NCBI RefSeq assembly: GCF_963921235.1 | Contig: NC_086108.1 | Location: 48,114,001 to 48,178,000, forward strand | Direction of reading: 5' to 3' | From: Mobula hypostoma | Taxonomy: Eukaryota | Length of the DNA: 64,000 nucleotides | Shown here: piece after piece, positions 50,251 through 61,409 of the stretch | Numbering within the stretch: position 1 is the stretch's first letter | Layout: each line of letters opens with the position of its first letter | Notes under the pieces: model-generated | Told to the model about the DNA's origin: nothing | What the model saw: the letters and a program-made list of their open reading frames with translations, nothing else | Database searches by the model: none | Made by a program: the position numbers and the translations under genes

Positions 50251-51019
50251 ACATTACATTAAGGCTAGCTAAAATTCTTTAAAGTGTAAGTAGGTTAACT
50301 TTTGGAAGATGGGTGATACAAAGTTCACAGGGATCCAGTACAGAGAATGGTTTGAGTCCTGTGGTAAAATAGTTGTAGTCATATTGAAAAGTGGAGTGGC
50401 ATGCAAATACTACTGCTATTTTCTTGTCTTTGGCTGGGATGATGATGAATAAGGATTTTGTGATAGGGATGCTCTTGAATGCCAAGGGGAGTGGCTGGGC
50501 AGTCTTTTATCAGAGATGGTCTCTGCCATTACTTGAAGGCAGTGTTATTTGCCAGTTAGAACTCACTTGGCTATTGTCTCAGTCTTGCGGTATATTGGGA
50601 TGAAACTTTAGATTTTCTGAGGAATTGCAATGGAATTGAGCATTGTTCAAATATCAGTGATCTGTTATGATGGAAATAAAGTTGCTGATGAAGCAGTTGA
50701 ATTTGTTTACACCAAGACACTACCTGAGGAGTGCTGCAATGATGTCCGAGAGCTGATCACAGTTATACCATCCAACCTGTGCTGTGTGACGGAGTTGAGC
50801 ATTATCCATACAACATTTTTTTCCATATGACCAGCGGCCAATCCGGACATTGGAAGTTTGGAGAGAGGGAACTTCAATCAGGTCCACTGCCCGAGGATAA
50901 AATACAGCACTGGGTCATGGCAGCGAGAAAGATGTTTGACCAGTGTGTAAACTGGATATCAGAAGTTTGGAGAAAGGGGACTTCAATCAGGTCCACTGCT
51001 CAAGGATAATCAGTGTTTG

Positions 51020-54000
51020 AGATTGATTAGTAAGAGCAAATTTAAGGAAGGCAGGGGCAAGTGCAGCAGCCATCATCGCAGCGGCCATCGTCTGAGTGGT
51101 GATCTTGAGGCTTTAGAACTTCGAACCTTCAGCGAAGAGAGGCTTCACTCAGAGAAAGCAAAGGAAAGAAAAGCTCAAGTTTTTTTCTTTCTTCTCTTTA
51201 TATCTGCTCAGCTAAGACAGTAGCAATGCTAGGCAGGATAATTGAATGCTCTTCTTACAGGATGTGGGAAGGCAGCGAAACCTCCTGTGGCCCTGACCAC
51301 TAGAGCTACAAAAAGTGCATCCAGCTGCAGCTTCTAACAAACCACATTAAGGAGTTGGAGCTGGAAATGGATGAAATCAAGGTCATTTAGGAGGCTGAAG
51401 GGGTGATAGATAGGACGTATGGAGAGGTAGTTACACCCAAGGTGCAGGACACAGGAAACTGGGTGACAGTCAGGAAGGGGAACGGGGTTAAGGAGCCAGT
51501 ACAGAGTACCCCTGTGGCCATCCCACTCAACAACAGGTATATCACTTTGGGCACTGTTGGGGACAATGACCTGTAGAGGAAAGTCACAGTGGTCGGGTCT
51601 CTGGCATTGATTTTGCCTCCGTGACTCAAAAGGGAAAGGGGGTAAAAAGGTACGCTGTGGTGACAGGGATTTTGTTAGGGGGATGGACCGGAAGCTCTGT
51701 TGGCGAGAACAAGCTTCCCGGATGGGATCCTGCCTCCCAGGTGGCAGGGTCCAGGATATCTCAGGTCAAGTCCTCAGCTTTCTCAAGTGGGAAGGTGATC
51801 GGCCAGAAGTCATGGTCCGTGTAGATACCAATAACATTGGTTGGATGAGCGACGAGGTTCTGCATAGGGAGTTCAGAGAGTTAGGTGCTAAGTTAAAAGG
51901 CAGGACCTCCAGGGTTGTGATCTCAGGATTACCACCTGTGCCACGTGCCAGTGAGGCTGGAAGTAGGAAGATTATACAGTTTAATATGTGGCCAAGGAGC
52001 TGGTGTAGGAGGGAGGGTATAATAGTTTTGAATCATTGGGCTCTATTCCAGTGGAAGGTGGGCCCTGTACAGAAGGGACAGTTTGCACCTGAACTGGAAG
52101 GAGACTAATATCCTAGCAGGAAGATTTGTTCATACTGCACAGTGGGATTTAAACTAGAGTTGCAGGCTAGGGGGAGTGGTGGGAACCAGAGTGGCAGAAC
52201 AGTTAGTGGAGAAGTTGTGGAGGCAGATGTTGGTAAGATCTCAGACAAAGTTAGGAATCAGAAGGTTGGGAATGGTGTGACTGGTGTCCTGAGCTGCCTG
52301 TATTTCAGTATAAGAGTATCATAGGAAAGGCGGATGATAGTGCTGAAGATGGGGTAGCTCATTTACAAATAGAGGCAATGTGTAGTGAGGAGAGGCTGTT
52401 GATAGGGCAAAATTGCAATCAACAGGATGATTTGCAAAGTAAAAGGCAGGCAAAATGGAAAAGGGTGAATACAGGACTGAAGGTGTTGTATTTGAATGCA
52501 TGCAGTATATGGAATAAGGTAGATGAGCTTGCAGCACAGTTGAAGATTGACAGGTGTGATGCAGTAGGCATCACTGAATCATGGATGAAAGATTATAGCT
52601 GAGAGCTTAATGTCCAAGGATGCACATTGTATCAAAAGGACAGGCAGGAAGGCAGAGAGGTGGCATAACTCTGTCAGTTAAAAATGAAATCAAATCATGA
52701 GGAAGAAATGACATAGAGTCGGAAGACGTTGAATCATTGTGGATAGAGCTAAGGAACTGCAAGGCTAAAAAGACCCTAATGGGAGTTTTGTACAGACCCC
52801 CAAACAGTAGTAAGGATGTGGCCTGAAAATTAAAGTGGGAGATAGAAAATGCATGCGAAAAGGACAGTGTTACAATAGTCATGGGGATTTCAATATGCAG
52901 GTAGATTGGGAAAATCAGGTTGGTGCTGGATTATACGAGGGGAATTTCTAGATTGCCTATGAGATGGCCTTTTAGGGCAGCTCGTGGTTGAGCCCACGAG
53001 AGGATCAGCTATTCTGGATTGGGTGTTGTGCAATGAGCCAGAATTGTTTAGAGAGCTTAAAAAAAAGGAACCCTCAGAGGCAAGTACTCATAAATATGAT
53101 CAAATTCATCCTGAAATTTGAGAAGAAGTTGAAGTCAGATATATCAGTATTACAGTAGAGTAAAGGGAATTATAGAGCCAAGAAAGAGGAGTTGGCCAGA
53201 ATTGATTGGAAAAATTCACTGGCAGGGATGATGGCAGAGCAGCAATGGCTGGAATTTCTTTGAGCAATTCGGAAGGCTTAGGATATATTACATCCCAAAG
53301 AGGAAGAAGTATTCTCAAGGAAAGATGACATAACCGTGGCTAACAAGAGAAGTCAAAACCAATTATCAACCAACTAGGTTCTGGAATGGTTCCAGAAGAC
53401 TGGATAATTACAAATGTCACTCCACTCTTCAGGGAGGGAGAGAGTCAGAAGAAAGGAAACTGTAGGCCAGTTAGTCTGACCTCAGTGGTTGGGAAGAAAT
53501 GGGAGTCGATTGTTAAGGATGAGGTCTCAGGGTACTTGAAGGCACATGATAAAATAGACTGTAGTCAGCATGGTTTCCTCAAGGGAAAATCTTGCCTGAC
53601 AAATCTGTTGGAATTTTTTGAAGAAATAACAAGCAGGATAGACAAAGGAGAATTCGTTGATGTTGTGTATTTGGATTTTCAGAAGGTCTTTGACAAGGAG
53701 CGACACTTAAGGCTGCTTAGCAAGCTATGAGCCCGTGGTATTACAGGAAAGAATCTTGCACAAATAAAGCAATGGCTGATCGGCAGGAAGCAGAATGGGA
53801 ATAAAGGGAGCCTTTTCTGACTGGCTGCCAGTGACTAGTGGTGTTCCACAGGGGTCTGTGCTGGGACTGATTCTTTTTTATGTTATACGTCAATGATGGA
53901 ATTGATGGCTTTGTTGCAATGTTTGCAGACGATATGAAGATTGTTTGAGAGGCAGATAGTTCTGAGGAAGTAGAGAGGCAGCAGAAGGACTGAGACAAAT

Positions 54001-54740
54001 TAGGAGAATGGGCAAAGGAATGAAGGATAGAATACAGTGTCAGGAAGTGTATAGTCATACACTAATAGAAGAAATGAAAGGGTTGACTATTTTCTAAATG
54101 GAGAGAAAACACAAAAAAGCAAGGAACAAAAGGATTTTGAAGTCCTTGTGCAGGATTCCCTAAAGGTTAATTTGCAGGTTGAGTCTGTGGTGAGGAAGGC
54201 AAATGCAATATTTGCATTCATTTCAAGAGGACTAGAATATAAAAGCAAGGACATGATGCTGAAACTTTATAAAACACTTGTGAGGCCTTACATGGAGTAT
54301 TGTGAGCAGGTTTAAGTGCCTTATCTTAGAAAAGATGTGCTGAAGTTGGAGAGGATTCAAAGGAGGTTCACGAAAATATTTCCATGATTGAATACTTGTC
54401 ATATAAAGAGCATTTGATGGCTCTGGGCCTGTATTCACTGGAAATGAGAAGAATGAGAGGTGATCTCATTGAAACCTATCAAATGGTGAAAGGCCTTGAT
54501 AGAGTAGATGTGGAGAATATGTTTCCTATGATGGGAGAGTCTAAGACCAGAGGACACAGCCTCAGAATAGAGAAGTGTCCATTTGGAATGGAGATGTGGA
54601 GGAATTTCTTTAGCCAGAGAATGGTGAATCTGTGGAATTCTTTGTCACAGGCAGCTGTGGAGGCCAAGCCTTTATGTATATTTAAGGCAAAGGTTGATAG
54701 ATTCTTGATTGGATACATGAAAAAGGCGGGAGATTGAGTC
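51020..54740 (+). mobile_element. Composite CR1: 5' UTR and ORF1 esterase of one subfamily joined at ~52337 to EN-RT-3' end of another
   Basis: ORF1 CLPGGRVQD, RVVISGLPPVP, GQFAPE; two EN N-termini (52285 and 52477); RT SQHGFLKGKSCLTNLLEFFEE; internal deletion near 53360. Confidence 0.85.
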
Positions 54741-55089
54741 AGTATAATGGAATGTGAATCTGATAAAGGAATGATAAAATAGCTAAATTAGTTTGGTTAG
54801 ATAATAGAATGGGGCAAGGAGGTAAGACTGGAGATGGGGAATGTCTGACAAACACAACTCAAGTCTTGTAGCCTTGCATTTGTGGCCCAGATGTCACTTC
54901 CACAGAGCTGGGTGGCAAAGTGCTCAAATAATGCAATTTCTACAATGAGGAAACAGTGATTTATCCTCCTGTCTGGTGATGCTGACATCCATTCAATGCC
55001 TTGCCTCTCTCCTGTGGTTAGCTAACTCAGAGCTTAGTACGAATTGAAACCAGGATTTTACTGGTCTTTCAGGTGCTAAGATTCCATGA

Positions 55090-57100
55090 GAGCATAAGAC
55101 AATAAGACATAGGATCAGAATTAAGCCATTCAGCCCATCGAGTCTGCTCTGCCATTTCATCATGGCTGATCTATTTCGAACTCCAACCCCTTCTCCTGCC
55201 TTGTCCTTGCAAAGTTTCACACCCTGACAAATCAATAACTAATCAACCTCCACCTGAAATACACCCAATGACCTGCCTACCATAACTGTCCCCTTCCAAT
55301 CAATGTTGGCCAGCTCCTCTCTCATGCCCCTGCAATTCCCTTTACTCCACTGTAATATCGATACATGTAACTTTAGCTTTCTCCCTCTCAAATTGCAGGG
55401 TGAATTGTATCATGTTATGATCACTACTCCCTAATCAAATCCAGTTCATTACACGACACCCAATCCAGAATAGCTGATCCTCTAGTGGGCTCTAAAAAGC
55501 CATCTCATGGCCATTGTACAAATTCCCTCTATCAGGATCCAACTCCAACCTGATTTTCCCATGTACCTGCATATTGAAATCCCTCATGATCATCGTAACA
55601 TTGTCCTTTTGACATGTCTTTTCTATCTCCCATTATAATTTGTAAACCACATACTGGCTACTATTTGGAGGCCTTTATACAACTCCCATCGGGGTCTCTT
55701 TTTACCCTTACAGTTTCTTAACTCTACTCACAAAGTTCTATACTTTCCGATCCTATCTCACTTCTTTTTGATTTCATTTTTTACCAGCAGAGCCTCGCCG
55801 TCTCCTTTGCCTACCTGCCTGTGCTTTAAATGCAATGTGCATCCTTGGTTATTAAGCTTCCAACTATAATCTTCTTTGAACGATAACGTCATACGTGCTA
55901 ATCTCAAACTGCACTGCAAGATCATCTACCTTATTCCGTATTGTGCGTGCATTCAATACAACACCCTCAGTCCTGTATTCATCATCCTTTTTGAATTTGC
56001 TCTCATGTTACACTGCAACTCATCCCACTGATTGGAATTTTGCCTGATCATCTGCCTGTCCTTCCTAATAGTCTCGCTACACACTGCCTGTGCTTGTATA
56101 ACTGGCCCATTCTCATTCCTACTACTCAGTTTCTCGTCCCCATGCCAAATTAGTTTACAACAGTTTTAGCAAACCTGCCTGCAAGGATTTGGGCCCCTCC
56201 CTCGAGTTCAGATGTAATCCATCCCTTTTGTGCAGGTCATAACTTCCCAGAAAAGATCCCAATGATGCAGAAATCTGAAATCTGAAACCCTGTCCCCAGC
56301 ACCAGTTCCTCAGCCACACATTCATCTGCCACATCATCCTATTCTTACCCTCGCTGGCACATGGCCCAGGCAGCAATCCAAAGATTACTACCCTGGAGGT
56401 TCTGCTTTTCAGCTTCCTACCTAGCTCCCTACGTTCTCTCTTCAGAACCTCCTCAATGTCATTATGTACCCAGATTTCTGGCTGCCCGCCCTTCCCCTTT
56501 AGAATGGCATGGACCTGATCCGCGGTGTTCCTAACTCTGGCATCTGGAAGGAAACGTACCAGCCAGGTGTCTCTATTGTGTCCACAGAATCTCATGTCAG
56601 CTGTGGAATCCCCCATCACTCCTGCAGTCCTCTTCTCCCCCCTTCCCTCCTGAGGCATGGTGCCAGATGCCGTGCCGGAGACCTGGTTGCTGTGGCTCCC
56701 CCGATAGGTCATCCCCCTCAACAGTATCCAAAATGGTATAGTTATTATTGAAGGGAACGGCCACAGGGCTGACTGCCCATTTCCTTTCCCTCTCTTAAGG
56801 CACTCAGGTACCTGCTTCCTGCAACTTAGGGGTGACTAGCTCCCCGTGGTTTCCATCTATCATATCCACAGTTTCCTGTATGAGCTGAAGGTCATCGAGC
56901 TCTCAGTCCAGATCCTTAACACGTTCTCTAAGGAACTAGGGCTTGGTGTGCCTGGTGCAGATATGGTTATCTGGGAGGTTTGGGGTCTCCCAGAATTCTC
57001 AAATCCCACACAAAGAGCACAACACGGCCCTGGAGCCATTCTCACTACTCTAACTGTGCACTAACAGATGACGAATGAAGCAACTTATCAGATACTTACC
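55090..57100 (-). mobile_element. CR1 with ORF1 esterase, EN and 3' UTR but RT deleted
   Basis: Minus-strand VMGDST..RFCG, RVVIFGLLP, RDGLHLN; EN region 55290-56050 is the inverse of 52400-53220; 3' UTR at 55090-55285. Confidence 0.8.
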
Positions 57101-57399
57101 TTGCCCAAGCCTGTATTCGCCAAAACCTCCCTACTGTAACACTGGTCCACTCACCCAATGGCTACTCCAACAATGGCCTGTCTTACTTCTATTTGCTCTT
57201 GCTAATGAATAGCAATTTGATTATCCTGCCAGAAAAAAGCCGACAGCCCGTGAACACTCCTTATAAAATCTCTCTCCCCAGTCTGTGACTTGCCTCCTCT
57301 GCCACTCCTGATTTGATTGGACTACCGGAAAAACATCAAAAGCCCACTAACTCTCCTTTCCTAAAATCTCTCTTCCTGACCCGCGAGTTCCAAACTGAT

Positions 57400-57965
57400 G
57401 AATATTGTAAACAGTTTTGGGCCTCTCATCTTAGAAAAGATGTGCTGGCAATTGGAGAGGGTCCAGAGGAGGTTCACAAGGATGATTCCAGGAATGGAAG
57501 GGTTACTATACGAGGAACGTTTGATGGCTCTGGGTTTGTACTCACTCACTGGAATTTAGAAGGATGAGGGGGGGATCTCATTGAAACCTTTTGAATTTTG
57601 AAAGGCCTAGACAGAGTAGATGTGGAAAGGATGTTTCCCATGGTGGGAGAGTCTAGGGCAAGTGGGCACAGCCTCAGGATAGAGGGACGTCCTTTCAAAA
57701 CAGAGAGGCAGAGAATTTTTTTAGCCAGTGGGTTGTGAATTTGTGGAATTTGTTGCCCCATGCAGCTGTGGAGGCCAGGTCATTGGGCGTATTTAAGGCT
57801 GTGATCGATGGATACTTGATTGGACATGGCATCAAAGGTTACAGGGAGATGGCCGGGAAATGGGGCAGAGGGGGAGAAAAAACGAGTCAGCCATGATTGA
57901 ATGGTAGAGCAGACTCGATGGGCCAAATGGCCTAATTCTGCTCCTATGTCTTACGGTCTTGTGGA
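57400..57965 (+). mobile_element. CR1 LINE 3' end
   Basis: gagagggtccagaggaggttcacaaggatgattccagg ... tail gtcttacggtcttgtgg. Confidence 0.88.
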
Positions 57966-58574
57966 TAGATTATTGAATAAAAGACCTATGAATTTAAAAA
58001 TTAGTTACATTGGTAACAAAGGTCTAATGGAAATGCTTGGTCCTATCTAGATGCTGACAGTAGTAATGATTTAATTAACCATGTAAGATAATTTAATATG
58101 ACACCCATGTTGAATCAATTTCTCAATAACATTGGCAAGTTTTGTGCAAATTTGCGAAAATGCTTGTTTCTCCTCTCTTTTGCGTTCTTAAGAGTTGAGT
58201 GGTCTGAATTAAGTTTGGCATAGTTTCACACCATTCCCTTCACCAACAATGAGTTTTAATGGCAATGTACTCAGAATGAACTTTATAGCTGTCAGTATTT
58301 ATAATGATGAAGATACATAACAACTACTGGGGCACTGCAGCACAGGCAAACATTATTTGTTTTACTTAACACAAATCTTATGCCAGATGCAACCAGATGT
58401 AATGAACAGATAGATATTAGGACGAATGACATTTAAAAACAGCCTTGAAAATGCCAGTTACTGAAAAATTAACAGCAAATGATTTGCTAAACAGTGCAGA
58501 TGCAGAGAGAAAGCTATGTGTGGCATGTTACTACTGTTATATCACTTCATAAAATAAAATATAGAACAATGTTC

Positions 58575-59978
58575 CATTATTCAAGAAGTGATACAGGGAT
58601 AATCCTGGAATCTATAGACCAGTGAGTCTCACATCCATAGAAGCGAAGTTCTGGAGAGAATTCTTAGGGATGGGATTTATTAGCATTTGAGAAAACATTG
58701 CCTAATTAGGGAGAGCCAGCATGGCTTTGTAGGAGGAAGGAGTGACTTACTAACTTGATTGAGTTTTTTGATGAGTTGACAAGGATGATTGATGAAGATA
58801 GAGCTTGTGGATTTTATGAAGATTGGTGGTGTTGCGGATAGAATAGAAGACAGGCAAAGAATACAATCGGATATAGATCAGCTGCAGAGAATGAAGCCGC
58901 TATGGGCGGAGAATGAAGTTGCTACAGGCAAAGAAATGGAAGAAGGTGTTGAACTGGCCATATGAGAAGTGGCTACACAGGTTGATAGGATCGTTAAGAA
59001 AGCATATGGCATATTTGGCTTTAATAGTTGAGGCATTGAGTACAAATCAATTAGTTCGTAACATTGAAAAATAATAATTTTTATATTAAAAAAATCTAAC
59101 CCACTACCAAGACCGAAGCTGATTAATAGAAAAAAAAGAAAAAAGATTGTTGGTCATCATCTGTGCTTTAACAGCAAATCAAAGGTTTTGAAAATAATTC
59201 AGAAAGGGTCCCCACAATATTTGAAAATCTTGATTAGATTCAAAGATTGAACATAGAATCTTCTCTAAATTTAAACATGATATCACATCATGTAACCATT
59301 GGGCGTGAATTGGAGGGGCCACATCTTTCCATTTAAGCAAAGACGTCTTTCTGGCCACAAGAGACATAAAAGCCAAAATGTGCAAAATGCTGCAGCTTTT
59401 TAAAACTCTAGTCAGGCCACATCCGGAGTATTGCATACAGTTCTGATCACCGCACTAGAGGAAGGATGTCGAGGTTTAGGAGAGGATGCAGGAAAGATTT
59501 ACCAGGATATTGCCTGGATTAGAGGGCATGTACTATAATGAGAGGTTGGGGTGAACTTGGGTTGTTTTCTCTGGAGCAGCAGAGGCTGAAGGGAGATCTG
59601 AAAGAGGTTTACAATATTATGAGAGGCACAGAGAGAGTAGACAGTGTTTTTTTCCAAGAGTTGAAATGTCTAATATCGAAGGGGTTAATCTCAAATGAGA
59701 TGTGAGGGGCAAGTTTTTTCACACAAAGAGTGGTGGGTGCCTGGAATGCACAGCCTGGGGAATCTGCTGCCTGGGGTGATGGTAAGAACAGAAACTTTAA
59801 ACACTTTCAAGAGACGTTTAGATAGTAGGCATATGAATGTGAGGAAAATGGAAGGATGTGGACATTGTGTAGACAGAAGAGATTAGTTTAGTTGGCCATT
59901 TGATTACCAATTTAATTAGTTCAGCACAACATTGTGAGCTGAAGGACCCGTTCCTGTGCTGTGTTGTTCTATGTTCTA
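58575..59978 (+). mobile_element. CR1 LINE, deleted and decayed, containing an L1/Tx1 insert
   Basis: SQHGFVGGRS*LTNLIEFF; 3' tail gtgttgttctatgttcta. Confidence 0.8.
59047..59385 (-). mobile_element. L1/Tx1-clade LINE 3' end
   Basis: Minus frame ARKTSLLKWKDVAPPIHAQWLHDVISCLNLEKI...WGPFLNYF* is typical of fish L1 ORF2 C-termini, followed by a T-rich UTR. Confidence 0.7.
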
Positions 59979-60712
59979 GAAAACCCCCGCGCTTAAGGCT
60001 CTTTCAATTGAATCCAACTGTCACTTTCAAAGATGTCCTGATATGACAGTGGTGTCGAATGAAACACAAAGTTAATTTGTGTAGTGATTCAATTCTGCTG
60101 CAAGTTATGTTCGTTAGATGAATGATTGTAATCTGGCAGTACATCATCTGCAATTACGCCTGTTGTAGAGTGGCGTGCAAGGGGCAAGTACTGAGCCAGG
60201 CTAAAAGAAGACGTACAAGCAGCAACAGCAAAGCAGATTTTCCTTCCCCTCTTTTTGATATCTTGATACCTGTGTAGTGTTAATGGAAATAGTTTCACAC
60301 CAACTATCTCTCCTTTAGAATATTATGCGAGGCACAGAGAGAGTAGACAGTGTAGTCTACTAATATTGTAGTTGGCCTTTTGGGGTAATAACCCAACCCA
60401 ACCAGTGGGATACTGTTAGAATCGAGTTGGCTGATTATTTATGAAGACTAATGGAACTGCAGAGAGTGCTGCTAAATTTGTGCTTCATAGGGAGTTCAAT
60501 ACGGCTGCTTGCGTTTTGCAACTACTGGTAACCAAAACTGGTGGGGGCAGTGACAGTAACACAACCTTAAACAAATCCAAACACTGTTACTCTGCAAAAC
60601 CAAGGGCTTTGGTTTAGGGTACAATTCTTTGTCTTATCAGACATGCAGTATAGTGGTATTTGGTCTTGTTTATTGCCAGATGTAGATATCCTGTGTTTTC
60701 TTTTCTCTGCAG

Positions 60713-60833
60713 ACTGCAAGTGCTGGGAGACATTCAGTTCGAATCACAGGCCTCAGTACCATTGACTTTCGAGCTGGATTTTCACAAAAACGAACAATGA
60801 ACTTTAAGAAAATTGGCAACAGACCTGTGCAAG
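60713..60833 (+). CDS. HMCN1: Hemicentin-1 internal coding exon (probably exon 7)
   Basis: ttttctctgcag|ACT...AAG|gtcagt; 121 bp, phase 0-1; TASAGRHSVRITGLSTIDFRAGFSQKRTMNFKKIGNRPVQ. Confidence 0.95.
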
Positions 60834-61145
60834 GTCAGTCTTCCCTGAAGTTGTTTTGAACCACTGAGGGCGCGTTCATGACTGGACTTAATAATGGCAC
60901 AGGCAATGCACATAATTGGAAGTTAGAGCATGAAGTGACCATTTACAACCTCACGTGTTCTGAGCCGTGATGTTTGGCAGTGCTTTATCCAAGTCTGATT
61001 CAGTATTTAGTATGTATCCCACCTTTGAAGCAGATGATGAGACGATGCTTTTTCAGATTATTTCATATGGTAGTATTTTGCTATTATGTTATACCTCTGA
61101 ACTATTTCATCTTGATTATGCATCCCATATTTTTTATACTCACAG

Positions 61146-61409
61146 GTATCCCAACATACTTACTACTGAATACAAGTGGACTCGCCCCTCCTGCTAGAGT
61201 AGATCGTGTGGAACTCCTCGGCACCTCAGGTGTTTCGTTGAAGACTCTTCCGATCAGGTATTACCCTGATCGAAAGCCTTACAGCATCCTGAATGTCACC
61301 GAATTTATTCCGCCCGACGAAGCTTTTTTCTTGAAAATTACTGGATACGACAGCAAAGAGTACCTCTTCCAGCGAGTATCCAGTGTGTCATATTCCAACA
61401 TTGTTCCAG
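61146..61409 (+). CDS. HMCN1: Hemicentin-1 internal coding exon (probably exon 8)
   Basis: cacag|GT...CAG|gtgaga; 264 bp, phase 1-1; (G)IPTYLLLNTSGLAPPARVDRVELLGTSGVSLKTLPIRYYPDRKPYSILNVTEFIPPDEAFFLKITGYDSKEYLFQRVSSVSYSNIVP. Confidence 0.95.
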
